DNA from: Eukaryota sp. TZLM1-RC
Lineage: Eukaryota > Protista > Metamonada: BaSk clade
NCBI GenBank assembly: GCA_040285825.1
Contig: JAUPSS010000010.1
Coordinates: 434,001-498,000, forward strand
Reading direction: 5' to 3'
Length of the DNA: 64,000 nt
Part shown: positions 1-13,300 of the stretch, one piece after another
How positions within the stretch are numbered: the first letter of the stretch is position 1
How the letters are laid out: every line of letters begins with the position of its first letter
Notes under the pieces: generated by a model
What the model was told of the DNA's origin: nothing
Seen by the model: only the letters and a program-made list of their open reading frames with translations
The model's database searches: none
Made by a program: the position numbers and the translations under genes

Positions 1-57
1 GATTTCCATAGAAGGACAATCAATACCATCAGCATGCGGCTTTAAGGTAAATACGTC

Positions 58-3000
58 TTAGAACTCTTTTAATGTATGAAGTAGGGACTTCTTGAAATGG
101 TCGTTGTCGAGGTTGATGGTACAACCAGATGAGTTGATGTGTTCCAACCAACGTGTGGAAACGTTGACGACTTCTGAAGCTTGTGATATTCGATGATCGA
201 ATTCGGCTTCAGGTAATAGTAATGTGCGACAGGCGTCGTCCATTCTAATGTAAATGCCCTTGTTGTTCATCAGTCCAAGGTGACTCAACAAGTCAGCACC
301 AATGAGGATGGTCTCATGTCCAGGAACGATGCTGAACTTGTGTTTCACATGTACAATCTGGGTAACACTACCTAGTCTAATGCTAAGGGTTCCAGAAGCA
401 GTACCAAGGGACTGTGAGGTAGTTCCATCAGCAATCTTGTAGAATATGGTTTCGTTGGAACGTGCCATGTTACAATTACTGATGACTTCTTCCGTGACTA
501 CTGAGCATGTTGCGCCAGAGTCGATTATGCCTTTAACTTCGACATTGTTGATCGAGAAATTTAATTGTAGGCAGTTGGTTGTGGACTTTATGGATTGTAC
601 CATGAATATTGTATCAGAATCGTATTCAGCTTGTTCTGAGAAGAAATTAGCTTGAATGTTGTGTGTCTTGGTATGTTCCAAGTTGGCCAAAGGATTGATT
701 AGGGATTCTTTCCATGTTGTGCTTTCTGTGTGGGGATGTGTTGTAGTTGTAGGGGGTATGGTTTCAAAAATGCGTAAATAGTGACGGGAACGTTTATTGT
801 ATGATGAAGAGCCTCTGCCTCTGCCGCGAGTGCCTCTTCGACTACGGAAACCAGAACCTCTAGAACCTCTGCCTCGAGCTTGCTGTTGAGCTTGTTGCTT
901 TCTCCACTTTTTGCTTCTTTGGCAGTCCTCACTAGGGCACCTTTCAGTCGGATGACCCATTTGTTTACAGAAATTGCATTGGACGTTGGAAGACGGTTGA
1001 GTAGAGCTTCCTTTTCGCCGTTGTTGTTTTGGGCGCCTGCCAGAGCTGGAACCTCTTGGTTTGGGGATAGCAGGGGGAGAAGGTACCGTCTGTCTGCGAT
1101 GGTTCTCAGTCTGAAATGAGATTCTGTTCTGATACAAGAAGTCAACGTGATTGATCTGCTCCTTGAAAGTTCTAGCATTACAGAAATTTTCGTATTCTAT
1201 TTGGAGAACACTGAAAAATTCTCCTAGGGTGTGGCCATCTGAGTAGTAATGGCAGGGATTGGACCAGATCCTGAGGAGTCTGTCCCTGATAATGGTGATG
1301 CCGATGCTTTCGATGACGTGAGAAGCAATTTCCCATTCGGGAAGTCGGTCGATGGGGTTTCCGTGATGTGTCTCATTTGTTGAGTCAAACCACGAACATC
1401 TTGGATGGCGGTGGAACGCGTTAAGACTCTGCCTATGTTAAGCATAAAGTCTATCCATCTGTTACCATAATCTCTCTCAGACCAATCCATGTTTACAGCA
1501 TGAAGTGCGTCCAGGGCTTGATCCAGTCTACTGAATTGGGTTCTCCTTAGGATCTGTTCCCAAATGTTGCGTTCGTCTCTGCTGGTTGGGACCATGGCAG
1601 AGGAAATTGAAAGGCCAGTGCCTTGATACCTTAAAGCGTTGAGAGCTTCAGGTGTAACGCATTCAGCTAAGCCTCTGGGACTAATGCGCATGGCAGATCT
1701 GAAGAGATCCCATTCATGAATTGGTTCACTGTCGAACCGTTGATCAGATGCCAGTTCTGCTGATCTAGCTAGTTCAAGTTCTTCGCGAAGTCTAGCAACT
1801 TCGCTGGCCAAAGCAACTTGGGCAGGATCCTCAATGTTACCTCGAGCCTCGTCTACAATTCTATCCGTGCGACTCCAGAGGATAAACTTGTTAACAAACT
1901 TGAGGAGTTTATCAACGTCTCTTAAATCAGTCGCGTCAAGAGTTGGACGTTTGGGGCGGTCCCTGCGTCTATTGTCCCTATCTCTTGATCCCACCATGGA
2001 AGATAGGAGAAGGTTACTATCGTAAGTACCTGAAAAAGTGGAACGTGAAGAACTAACCGTAGAAGGTGTAGGTTGGGCCGTGGGTTGAGTACTTGTTGAA
2101 CTAGTGGAAGGAGGTGTGGGTGGAACCACTGATTGTTCCATAGGCTGTGCAGGTGCTGGAGTGTGTTCCATCGGTGCTAACACAGTAGGAATAGAGTCAG
2201 GAGTTGGAGACTCATCGCTGACTTCCACTACAACATCCTTTTCAGTTTGTTCCATAGAAGGATTATGTGAGGGTTGAGTGGGGGGTTCTGTGGAAGTTTC
2301 CATAGGTTGTTCAACGGATGATGGAACTTCGTTTTGGTTAGGTTCAGGAGAAGGTTCTGTTTCTTCAATCTGGGCTGGAACCTGATATGAAGAGATCGCT
2401 GGTTGAACCAAGCGTGTTTTCTCGATACGACCTTCTACCATGACCCATTTCAACATCCTGGATTCTATACATCCAGGGAAAACAGTGACGAGCTGGAGAG
2501 CTCTTTGAAGATTACCAGATCTTCTGTGGTCGGGACCACAGTATGATGCTATGTGATCTGGACGTCTATCATACAGAAAGAGTCTTTCTCCGTATGTGGT
2601 TTCAGTGAACCACCACCCTGTTCTATAATCTCTGTCGGATATCAAGAGATGCGTTGTACCCAGGGCTGAACCTAGGGTAGGGGCAAGGGTTGTAGACGTT
2701 GATAAAAAGGTTGTCTTCGTCTCCAGCGAAGCGTGTGAATACTCCCTCTCGTGTGGTTCTCATGAACCTAACTCCGGGTCTAGGGTCGTGAGTGGGTTCA
2801 GGATCATGTCTCGTGTTCTCTGGAGTAATTCTTTCGTCGGAGAGGTATGGACCAATCCTTGGAGTGATCCATAATCCTAAGTCATTTTCGACTCTAGGAC
2901 CGAAAAAAGGAAGACGCCCATTGCTCATCTCCGTGGGAGGGATGGCTTCGGGGTCTTCTGGAATTACTTGAGAATCCCTATATCGGGCATAAGGATTGTG

Positions 3001-4030
3001 CTGACGGGAAGCACCGTGATCATGAACGCTAGAACTAGCGTGGAAGCTAGGGTCGAGAGGTGTCCGTTCAGTAGAGCTGAATTTGCGTGGAGCCTGAATC
3101 GCCCAATCAAGTCTTCTTTTGAGTTCCCCCATCCGTTGTTCACGGTAATGTTGAAAATCAACTCCAGTTCTAGACTCCTGGGGAGGAGCAGAAGATTGAG
3201 TTGTTGAAGATTCCGTAGCAGGTTCTTCATAATCAACCAGATCTGAGTAGATCTGCTCATATCTCTTCCTTTGTTCTTCAGACAGATATGAAGGAAGATT
3301 TGGGGTGCTATGAGCGGGATCATTAGCATGAGGTGGGGAGACCGTCAGATTGTCAACTCCGCTTACTGTGGTTGAAGTAAGGGGAGATCCTGAAGCTGGA
3401 ACAGCAGGATTTTGACTTACTCTCCTTACAGTTGGAACCGAAGGAAATTTGATGGGAGAATGAACCCTCAGACTCAGGTCTAGGAGATGAAGTTGGGACT
3501 TCAGTGTCCTGTTGATAGGGAGGAGTTTGGACTCCAGATCCTTCTGTGGTATTTTGAGAAGGTTGAACCATCTTTCTTCTTTGAATAGAAGGTGAAGGTG
3601 GAACTTCAGAGCTTCTCTGAGGGAGGGGAGAAGATGGGACTTCTGATACCCTGAGTGAAGAAGAAGAGGGAGGAGCTTCGGAATCCTCAGCATCTTTGTC
3701 GTCATAGGAGACTAACGAAGGGCTTCTTCCTTCCAAAGGAATGGAATCCTTAGGAGGGTTGTCTTCTTCCACAGGAACGGAATCCCGAGGAGGGGAGCTT
3801 CCTTCCATTGGAACGGAATCCTCTGGAAGGGAACTGTCTTCCTTTGGGGTAGAACCCTCAGGGAGAGTGGCTTCAGGAAGCGCGAAAACTTCTACTGAAG
3901 GAGGGGGCATGGGAGCTGGGTCTGTGGTTAGTGGTGAGGAAGAGGGACCAGTCTCTTCCTCGTGGATCCTGCATTGAGCCGTTGACGACCCAATACGTAT
4001 TGATGGTCTAGGATGGTTAGTGTCAGACAT
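58..4030 (-). pseudogene. Frameshifted giant Gag-protease polyprotein of family A
   Basis: Colinear with family A copy 2 (52444-55773). A 4-nt deletion near 2638 relative to copy 2 and other indels split one ORF. Confidence 0.8.
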
Positions 4031-4148
4031 ACAGAGTAAAAGTAATGAGATTTATTACGAAGAGGAATTGTATTCTCTCTTCTTAAACTAATAGGCGGAA
4101 TACTAATAAACTATCTAAATAAACTATAAATACTATTCAAGACTAACA
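4001..4148 (-). repeat. 5' LTR, family A (148 bp)
   Basis: TG...CA termini, three homologous copies in the window, internal AATAAA on minus, and the ORF1 ATG at 4030 inside it. Confidence 0.9.
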
Positions 4149-4749
4149 CTAGAAGAGAACGTTGAAGACCTACGGGAAGAATTCCTCTGGCAAATCGATT
4201 CAGAAAAGCTGTGTCTGGTAACTTCAGTCCGGAAGCCCTACTCTTTACCTGGAGGAAACGTCGCAGGTAACAGGACATACGTTCTCGGACGTCACCAATA
4301 CGGACATCAAGCTTCAGTTCTGACATAGCCAGACTAAAATCTTCGTGCGTGGCGAACGATACGACAGATTGTAGATGTCTAAGAAGAACATCGTCACTGG
4401 AAGAGACGTCGGATTTCTGAAGAGATAGGGACTCTAACAGAAAAGAATCGACCAAGAGCCTTGCTGGAACAAGCTCTTTCTTAGGAGTCACAGAAGAATA
4501 GATCTTCCACTCTTGTAGGAACAGAAGAACATTCTCAACTTTCATAGAAGAAAGAGACGGGAGGTTGACAGATGGAACAGTCATCTGAAACAAGAAGGGC
4601 CAATAATTATTGATGCCGTCAGGCAGATGAACACACGAAGGAGAGAGAAAAATCTGAGTTTATTAATAAAACTGATTCATAAATGAGTATCACGTCATCA
4701 GTCGAAATACAAAGAAACATACTAATTCAATTTGAGTTCAACAACAACA
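4149..4749 (-). mobile_element. Family C LTR element copy 1 (5' LTR 4611-4749 + 5' part of gag), interrupted by the family A insertion at 4148/4149
   Basis: Near-identical to 19934-20534 (MTVPSVNLPSLSSMKVE...). Homology stops at the family A LTR. Confidence 0.9.
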
Positions 4750-5340
4750 AAAACGCATGTGTAAAAGCCAATCATTGTTTTTAAACAACAGTCCATAAAT
4801 AGAAAGAACTTGATTAGCTAAATAAGGAGCAGAACAATTGCGTATATCTTTTAAAAATATTTCGAAAGCAGGATTTTCAGTTTTGGCCAAACCAAGTCTT
4901 AGTTCATAATCCAAGCTTTCATATAATTTAACCAAATGTTGTTGAAGCTTTTTCAAGCAAGAACGTAAATTTAGAAGTGAACGGTTGGGAATTTCTTGAA
5001 CAATTTGAGGAAAACACTGAATCCAGATATTAAAAGGCAAATGATTTAATTCAAATTGAAAATGATTTTGGTAAAAATTTGGTTCACCATTGAGCAGCTG
5101 AATATCATAAGGAAACCTTTAAAAAAATTCAAAAAAAAATTGTTTCTCCTCAAAATGCTGCTTTACACAAAATCGAAACTTGTGTGAAACCAATTCCACT
5201 CAAATCAGCAGAACAAGATACATGACTTCGAATAAAAGATTCATTTACTTCTAATAAAGAAGGAAAAATTTGACTCGAAGTTTGTTGAAAGATCTGCAAA
5301 AATGAAGAAATACCGAACGGAGGGTTGACCTTAAAACCTT
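4750..5340 (-). mobile_element. Degenerate RLE-type (CRE-like) non-LTR retrotransposon fragment
   Basis: ORF 4738-5040 (IWIQCFPQ...KKLQQHLVKLYESLDYE) matches 44042-44530 and 38309-39274. Interrupted by the family C LTR. Confidence 0.8.
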
Positions 5341-5704
5341 CTTCGGATGATCTGTATGATCTACATAGTTTACCTAAAAGTAAGGAAATTTTTCACAAAA
5401 GCAAAAGGGTTTCCTTCGACTTAGGCACTAGAGCGCAATTGTACAATACACTAGAATAAACTAAAACTATTCTAAACTAATCAACAATAATTGAACGGTC
5501 AGATGTCAGTAACCCCAGTTGTTGTAACATGCCTACCCCAATTGAAATTTTTTTCGAACCTGTTGTAGTGGGAAGAAAAAGTTTTATTGATACTTGGTTC
5601 GCAATGCTGCCGACATTGAACGTCAGAATGTCCTGTGTACTCTCAAGCAAATTCGTTGATACATTACAGCAGGAATGAATTGTGTTATGTCGTTTTCATT
5701 TATG

Positions 5705-5930
5705 GACAAAAAATGGTGAAAGAAAAAACACTGAAAAGATTTGATATTTTTTTATGGCGTTCACGGATTCAATTTGCCATTATTAATAGATTACCGCGGT
5801 TTTTCAATCGAATTAGAGAAGCTTTAGCTAGACAGCAAGCAAATCAAGATTTTGTAGAGGAAATCTTGGTTTAATGATAGTCGTCCCATTAGTTATGATT
5901 TAACTTAATCAAGTGTGCAAATTCAATAAA
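5705..5930 (+). mobile_element. 3' end of RLE-type non-LTR element (subfamily of 14110-14745)
   Basis: QKMVKEKTLKRFDIFLWRSRIQFAIINRLPRFF and the 3' UTR ending ttcaataaa are shared with 14520-14745 and 35950-36185. Confidence 0.8.
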
Positions 5931-8900
5931 TTAATACTTTATGGACATTGAACACCGATTTGCTAAGTCAAGGGAAATGACAGAACAAACTGCAGCTGTG
6001 TTTATTATGCCTTTTATAACCGTATCGTTGATTCTAACCTGAAGCTCTAATAACAGAGGCTGCTTGGATCTGTTGTGATTTATACAAGGTGCAGATTCAT
6101 TTGCTCGATTACATAAATCTCTTTCTAGGCTGTTTAAACTCAAATATTTTTCTAACTGATTATTATCACCGAAAGAGAGTGGATTCAAGAGGGATGATTA
6201 AACTGAAAGTTCAGGTTGGCCAATTCAATAAATATGGCTCAATGCAGGAGCTGTAGCGTGCAATAATTGGTGTATATAAAATATATATGCACGATGTTTA
6301 TTACCTCTCGTACTACGGCCACCTCGGCCCCTATATCTACCTTTGCCTCTACAAAAATTTCTAAAACTATTAGGACTACCTCTGAACGATTTACATCGGC
6401 CTGTACTTTTGCCGGCACTTCCACGTTGGTCAATAAGAACCAAAAATCTGGTACATTCAGGATCTTTGCACTCTGCTATTACATGGCCCGATTTCTGATG
6501 ACAGGTGCAGAACTTATGATCCTCTCTGTGATGCTTTTTTTTCTTTAAGTTAGGGATGGATGATTCGGACTAGCTGGTCCCTTTCTTTCCAGCTGAGGTG
6601 TGAAAATCACCTGTTTCTATTTTGGGTCTGAAGCAGCTTTTTTTTGGAAGCAGCTTTCCTCAATATCTGAACCGTCTTCCTATTTTGTGCGACTATCAGC
6701 CATGTTAATAGGTCATTCTAACTTTTCTTGTTAGTTGGAAGAAGCTCACCAGCTTGTCCTTCCAATAACTTCCGTTGCAAAATTCGTCGAATAGTGGTTC
6801 AATGAAAGTTAGATTGCTGTTGCCTGTTAAAAAGGCATGTGTTACTGTTGGCATCCGAAGAGTGAATACTTCGCTCGAGTGATTCATTTCTTCGATCTTA
6901 GCTGATACATCCGTTATGTATGCAGACATGCTGTTTGCAGATATTCTGTCTGCAGGATGTCTTCATTGTTTTCCACATATATCGCGAATTCACTCACTGC
7001 GTCTTCGATTGAATTGACCTTACGCCAATTGAATTGAGGTTTGTGGAGGGCTAATTTGGCGTTATGGAGCGAGTTGGATTGGCTCCTCCTACAGAAAAGC
7101 AGTAGAATTTCTGCGTCTGTAGATTTCCATGCTAAGAATATGTTGTTGTTTCCAAAAGGAAATTGATTCTTGCACTGATGCAACCCAAAATCATTTGGGG
7201 GTTGGTCGTCGCCAAAATGGACCTAAAAAGGTCGTATGCATGAATTGGTGGCCCTATTGTGTGAATAAAGTTGGGGTCAATTCTGTAAATTTTAGGTGTC
7301 TGAAACGGGTTAAGCTGAGACTTTAAAGAATCTATTTGTTGTTGTATTTCGGGTGCTGCGCATTCTTGAATTGTGAGCAACTGAGATAGACTATTAACCA
7401 TGTCAGCGATTTGTTTCTGTTGTTGGGCTGAACTTGTCTGAAGCATTTTTATTATATCGACCTTTGTCGTTCTTCCTCCGCCTGTACTAATGGAGCGTAT
7501 CATGTTCTATAGCCTCTGTTTTATAGTAATATCCAATGTGAGACTGTAAATTTAGACCAAGAACTTGACGTGGGTCATGAATACCAGCTGATGTTTCTGA
7601 CCGAGATGATGATAGATCTTGTCTGCTCAATCCTGGACCTGTTTGATGTGAGGTCGACTCATCCATTGGAGCAGATGTGTCTGAGGGTTCAATGGTGAGG
7701 ACTTCCATAGAAATGTCCTGATTATCAGGCTGCGGTAACTTGTCTATTTGGAGATTTTGAAGAGGTTTCGGTTCCTCTTGAACGATGAGTTGGATGGATG
7801 GCCTGAAAGGTCTTATGCTTTGAAAAGGCGTATCCTCTATTCCTACTATTGGGGTGAAGGCAAAAACCTTGTTGTTAACCCAAATGTCTCCAATTTGTAC
7901 ATTGTGCTGATTAGGAGGAGACCTATAGGTGGAGATGACTGCCGTTCTCATATTGGCATGATTTCGTTTGTATGTAACTCCTTGTTCAGCAAAAATTAGC
8001 CTGAACGGTTGAGAAGCGGGTCTCATCTCCCACGAAATCAGGGTTCGATGATGATGAGTAGAACTCGTGAACCTCTATGACTACCGTATAATCTACTCCC
8101 GACGTGCTATTATCGTTATAAATTTTGTCCAGATTTGGTTTAAACCAGTCTGGAAGGAGGTGTACATTTTCAGGTCCATCTAAATTATTAGAGAAGTCTC
8201 GACCATATTTAATGACCTCCAGCCCACTTGGATTCTAAAATCATATATATCAAGGGTGGCTTTCTTTCCAATGAGATCGAATCTGCCAGCGTGAGGCTTG
8301 AACGTGATCGATTTGTATGATCAGTCAAATGGGGATAGTCTTATTCTGCGTTCGGCAGGTCTACCCGACAAATGTTTGCTCTCTTGGTCGAGACGCTCTT
8401 TAGAGTTCTGCAGTTCTTGTGGGGTGAGGGGAACTTCCCTGAAACCGTCTATAGTCTCGTTAAGCGTTTGTACCGAAACACAATTTTCTAAATTTGGGTA
8501 CAGGGACGTATCTAATGGGAACGACTCCACAAAGTCTGTTGGTTTCTGTTTTTCACTCTTTGCTTCTGCTAGAGTGGCAAGGAGCGCTTTCAACTCTGGG
8601 CTAGTGACAGGAGGTTCATCATGTGAGAAATTGGCCGTAGTCAGGGCTTTAGTAGCCGTTGAGTGGGCGTTTTCATTGGAAGGGATCACTTCCGAAAGAG
8701 TTAGACCTGGATTGGGGTTTTGACCCGAACTCGTATTAGGAGGAGGGAGATGAGGATCTCCGTTCGTTCGAGTGATAGTGGGTTGTTGACCCGACTTGAA
8801 TTGATCAGGAGTGAGTTGGGTTACACCTGAACTCGTTGTCCCTTGAGTGGAGTGTAAAACATTCGAACTCGTTTGATGTGGATTGAAATGAAATTTACCC

Positions 8901-9278
8901 GAACTCATACTATGAGGAGTGAGGTGTAAAAAACTTAAACTCGTTTGAGAAGGAGTGGAGTGGGTTACACTCGAACTCGCTTCTTCATATGGACTACTCA
9001 TGGCACTCAAAAATATGTAGAGAGGATGGTGAAATAGGCCTCCTTTGAAAGATAAAAGATGTCTTACATACCTCAGACATCTTTTTGCTGTTTATAGTGC
9101 TGTTACTGTTAGCTTTTTGATGTGCCTGTGATGCACAATAATCGTTGTTGCCGTTAGGCATTATGCTAGCTGGGTGTGAGTATGGATTTATGTGTAAGGC
9201 GGGTTAGGATAAAGATAATTTTATTTAATGTTATTCTATATACATACTTAGGTACTCACTGATGAGATATTTACAACA
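5931..9278 (-). mobile_element. Degenerate gypsy-type LTR element, family E (putative 5' LTR 9146-9278, extended gag, knuckle, decayed protease)
   Basis: LTR candidate has TGTTG...CAACA termini and a 3' end (GCCTAACGGCAACA) like family C. Downstream are an S/T/P-rich repeat ORF (8321-9010), gag pieces, a knuckle-like HQKSGHVIAEC near 6470-6500, an RG tract and protease-like VIKGIINTAAVCSVIS at 5931-6188. Only one LTR is seen. Confidence 0.7.
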
Positions 9279-10329
9279 GATGCAATTACAGAAAAAAACA
9301 GCAATCGACGGTATTTGTGAAAGTTGGTGCATAATAATGGCAGACGTGTTCACCTTAGTGTCAAAACATTCATTAATTGGATAAGGACATCAAAAAATTA
9401 CTCATTAATTCATATATATAGATGTATGGACATGTTCTCTGATAATGTCTGGCGCCCAGACAATTTTTACAGACATCTTTTTTCTTCGATATAGTGTCTT
9501 TTTGTTCAGCACAGTTCAAAATCAATTGTTTTTCGTAAAGAGTCATTGGTAAGTTCTTGGGATGGAGGCAACAGAAGTTGATTGTTAGTTTTTAAAGCCT
9601 TTTGAAGATGGTTATCTTATGGTTATGGTTATGTCTCTGATATTTTGCGAATCTGTGCAGGATTTCCAGCTGTTATACAGATTGTGGATAAACTCTTGCT
9701 GTCTTTGAATGTTTTCGTGTTCATACTCTCATTGTCGTGCATTTATGATAAAGTACGAGATATTGTGAATGAGGTAAAGTTGATTTATTTTTTTCTTGTT
9801 GTATTGAAGACTAGAATAGATTTTAAAAATAGATTTTAAACGAACAACTTATTTACAATGATCGTTTGTTTCGTGTGTTTGAACTATTATTGCCGTCATC
9901 CAGCTGAATAGATTCTACAATAACAATTTTTTTCTTTTTGTTAAACTATTTCTTCGCGGTGTATAATGAGCAACACTTGGTGCAAATGCATCAAAGCTGA
10001 AGAAAAAGGGCTGTTTGTCAAATGAGAAAAAAGTTACTGAAATCACAACCCAGCAGTATTGGCATGTAATTCATGAAATGTAGAGGAAGATTTAAGGCAC
10101 AAGTTTACAAATTTCCTCAGATTGTTGGACATTTGTGTTTCTGAAACATAGTTAATGACGTCTACATGACCAGTATCATGTACATATTTTCCAATAATGC
10201 AAAAAACACCTCAATAGGATTCATTTCGGGACAATACAATGGTAATATTCTATATTGTACAATAGTTTGTCACATTGCCTTATTAATGAATGGATGTTTG
10301 TGTAATTGACAACCATCTAAAACAATGAT

Positions 10330-13300
10330 AACATTGAGATAAAAACTCTTTTGCAAGTAACTAGCTTACGCAAAAGATTTTGAAACACGGCGGGTACATT
10401 TTTTAAACCAAAGGAGGCTCGGAATTACTACAGCGGTTTTCCGTTAATACTTGGGGTGTAAATTCAATTGCCAAAACGCCTTCGGCAAATCCTAAACAAT
10501 AATATATTCCGCAAATAAAAGAAATTTACATACATCAGTTATGCGGGGCACATCAGCTGGAACAAGTTTGGTTAAATCGTTAATACCTTTGTGTTCAGAA
10601 TAGTTACCAGTAGGTCGAAAGGCTATTTTAGGGACACAAACCAAGTAAATTGGAGAAACGAATGGACCATGGTATGGTACTGCAAATCCATTTCCTGACA
10701 AGGTATCAAATTCTTCTTGAGCGATCTTAAGCTTATCGGGAGGCAGGTAATGGGCTTTCTTAAAGACAATTTTGGTCTCATCAGGGAATTTAAGTCGCAT
10801 GGGCTCATACTTATATCTTTGTGGACCAGCTATTTTGGAGAAAATATGAGGGTACTTAAGTAACAAATTTTCAATAATAATAGTTAGTTCGGTATCGTCA
10901 AGTTGGAAAGCAGTCTTTTCAATATTTAAGAGGGCTTGTAGTAGCTTATTGTTCAGAGATTGGACAAATTCAGGGGCCTTCGGGCTATCAGTCTTTATGA
11001 AAGACAACTTCAGTAGAGGCGGGAAGAAAACAGTCAGGAATAGATTCATGTTTTTGAATCTGAATGCTCTGGTGTGATAAATTGATGAACAGGAGATCTT
11101 CGGTTAACATGCCTAGCCTCTTATGTCCCATCAAATAATAAAGTTGTTTTCACAAAATTAAAGGCAAAGTCTTATATTTACAAAAATAATTTGTGCGGTT
11201 CCATTGAGCATAAAGGCAAATCTACCTTTAGCGACCTTACTTTCAAATTGTTTTCCATCTGCTGAGTTTAAGAGGGTTGTATGGTCGGTAACAGTAAGGT
11301 TTGCTTTCCTTACTAACTTTTTGGATATGCAAAAAACACTTGCACCTGTATCTATCATTCCGTAAAGAACGTTGTTGGACTGAGTAAAAATCTTCAAATG
11401 TAATAAAGTTTTTTCCATGGGCTTATTAAGTTTTTGGTGGGTGAAAAAAAATCTTGGATTTATCAGGGATGACATGACAGGTAGGGGCAGGAGACGTATT
11501 CTTAGTTGCATACAATGTATTCAGTTTCTCTGGTTCTAAACTTTATGTAGATCCATCAGTTTTAGATTCATCCGAAACTACACCAGGTGGTTGTACACAG
11601 CTTGCGCCTACATGAGCCATATCAGAATCGAGGTTGGAACCAATTGTATCCAACAAATAATCATGGGTAGTCCCCCTTTGGGCTTTCCTCTGGTTTGATA
11701 GTTCGGAGTCATCTTCAGCTTCAAAAATTATACTACAAGTTAGATTAAAATACTCACTGTTAGCTTGGCAGGTTCTCACCTTTTCATTTTGCGCAATGGC
11801 TGCCGACAAAGAACACAGGACTACGTTTTCAGCACATGACGCAGAATGCAAAAGTGTAGTCTGTTAAGCTGCAGTGTCAGGGGCAATACACAATACATCA
11901 TGGAAAGAAGGGAAGTCTCGGCCAGGCATCACGGAATTTAATGATTCAAATAGTTCATCGAAATGATTAGCATCAGAGTTCAAATAAGAAAAACGGGGAG
12001 AACTGGGTATGGTGGGATTATTGTCAGAGTGACAGTAGAGAAAAAGGTTATTTTGGAAAAAGGGGTTCAAGGATACAATATTGTTTAAGTCCCCTGGGTC
12101 AGAAAAGCTATAGTGGGTTTATAATTTGGGCACATAAGTCTTTTTTTGCTGATAGTCTTCTTTCAAATCTTCGGTGATTGATTCCACTATAGAATTAATA
12201 GGCTTTTTACTACGGGTATGGTAAGCTCTCGGCAGCGTAGAAATGCGGGGATTCCGCTAAGGACGATGTAAATTATTTTGGCTTCTTTTGCAGCCAGGTA
12301 CAGAACAATCTCCAGCAAAATGTCCAGGATTCTTGCAGTAAAAGCATTTCAGTTCTTGGGAGAGGTTAGATTGAGGAGTACCGGTTCCGGGTTGGGTTGA
12401 TCTAGAGTCAGGTCCACAGGGCTGGTTTGAAGAACCTTGCTTAGGAATTGTTCATAAGTTCTATATGAGTTACTTGGAACATTCTGGGTTTTTGGTTGAG
12501 GTCTATGGCCACGGGCATTCTAAAACCTTTGAGACAATCTGTCTTCAAACAGTTAAGCATTCTTGGAATAAGGTCAGTGGTAATCAGGGAGCAATTTTTT
12601 CAATCGTGTTATTATCTCAAAGATGGAGGTGATTAATCAATCTTCGGCTTGGTCTTGAGCAACTTCCTAAGTGCTTTAGGGCATATTCCATTCAGGAATC
12701 TTTTAGCAAGGGTCTTTCATTCTGGAGGGAATGTATTGTGCGAGCTGCCTTCATGAAGTCTCTGGTATATCTGGCGATAACTTCCTCTGCATCACGACAA
12801 TTTAAAGGCAAGAATAATCGGTTAAATGACTGGTACATTTTGACAGTATCTCCAACACGCGTACAGGACAGCAAGTATTTAAATCTCTTGTTAAGTCTCC
12901 TCAATGAAATCTGGTGGATTACAAGAAATGTATCAAAAACTTCAGGGGCCATGCATTTAGGAAAATAGAGTATCAGCAGGGACTCTAGGTCTTCAAGGTT
13001 TTCAAGACATAACAGGTCAGGTTCCTCTTCATCAAGAACATCAGAGTCATCAGAGTACAGAAGAGGGACTTTATCCTCTGCTTGATTGTTAGGACCTTCT
13101 TCCGCTAATGCTTCTCGCACAATAACTTGAATATTCTCAGGTCTAACTTCACTTTCTCCAGCAAGTTTGGCAGTAGATTTACGGGAACTTATTCTAGAGT
13201 TCTAGAAATTATTCAACTGAGACTCAAATCTGGTTATACACATACGGATTGCTCAACTTATCAACAAAGCGAGCACAGGAGGAACGGTCAGCGCTTCCGA

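Larger units (their letters stand above)
1..4148 (-). mobile_element. Ty3/gypsy-type LTR retrotransposon, family A copy 1 (5' LTR + extended gag + protease; continues beyond window start)
   Basis: 5' LTR 4001-4148 (TGTTAG...ACCATCA on minus) is homologous to 40102-40250 and 55741-55894. Frameshifted ORF pieces 3353-4030, 2623-3705, 1224-2645 and 58-1137 include a CCHC knuckle CNFCKQMGHPTERC, an RG-rich tract and the aspartic protease motif IIDSGATCS. Confidence 0.9.

Noticed and set aside
3700-3880. Regularly spaced repeats as a CRISPR-like array (also 8720-8985, 55420-55620)
   Set aside because: Imperfect in-frame coding repeats in the low-complexity Gag N-terminus, in a eukaryotic context.
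5345-5490. Possible additional LTR remnant ending ATCAACA
   Set aside because: No second copy, TSD, PPT or palindrome.
9300-10300. Possible decayed DDE DNA transposase (also about 33780-34050)
   Set aside because: Only faint motif resemblance across stops, and no TIR or TSD found.
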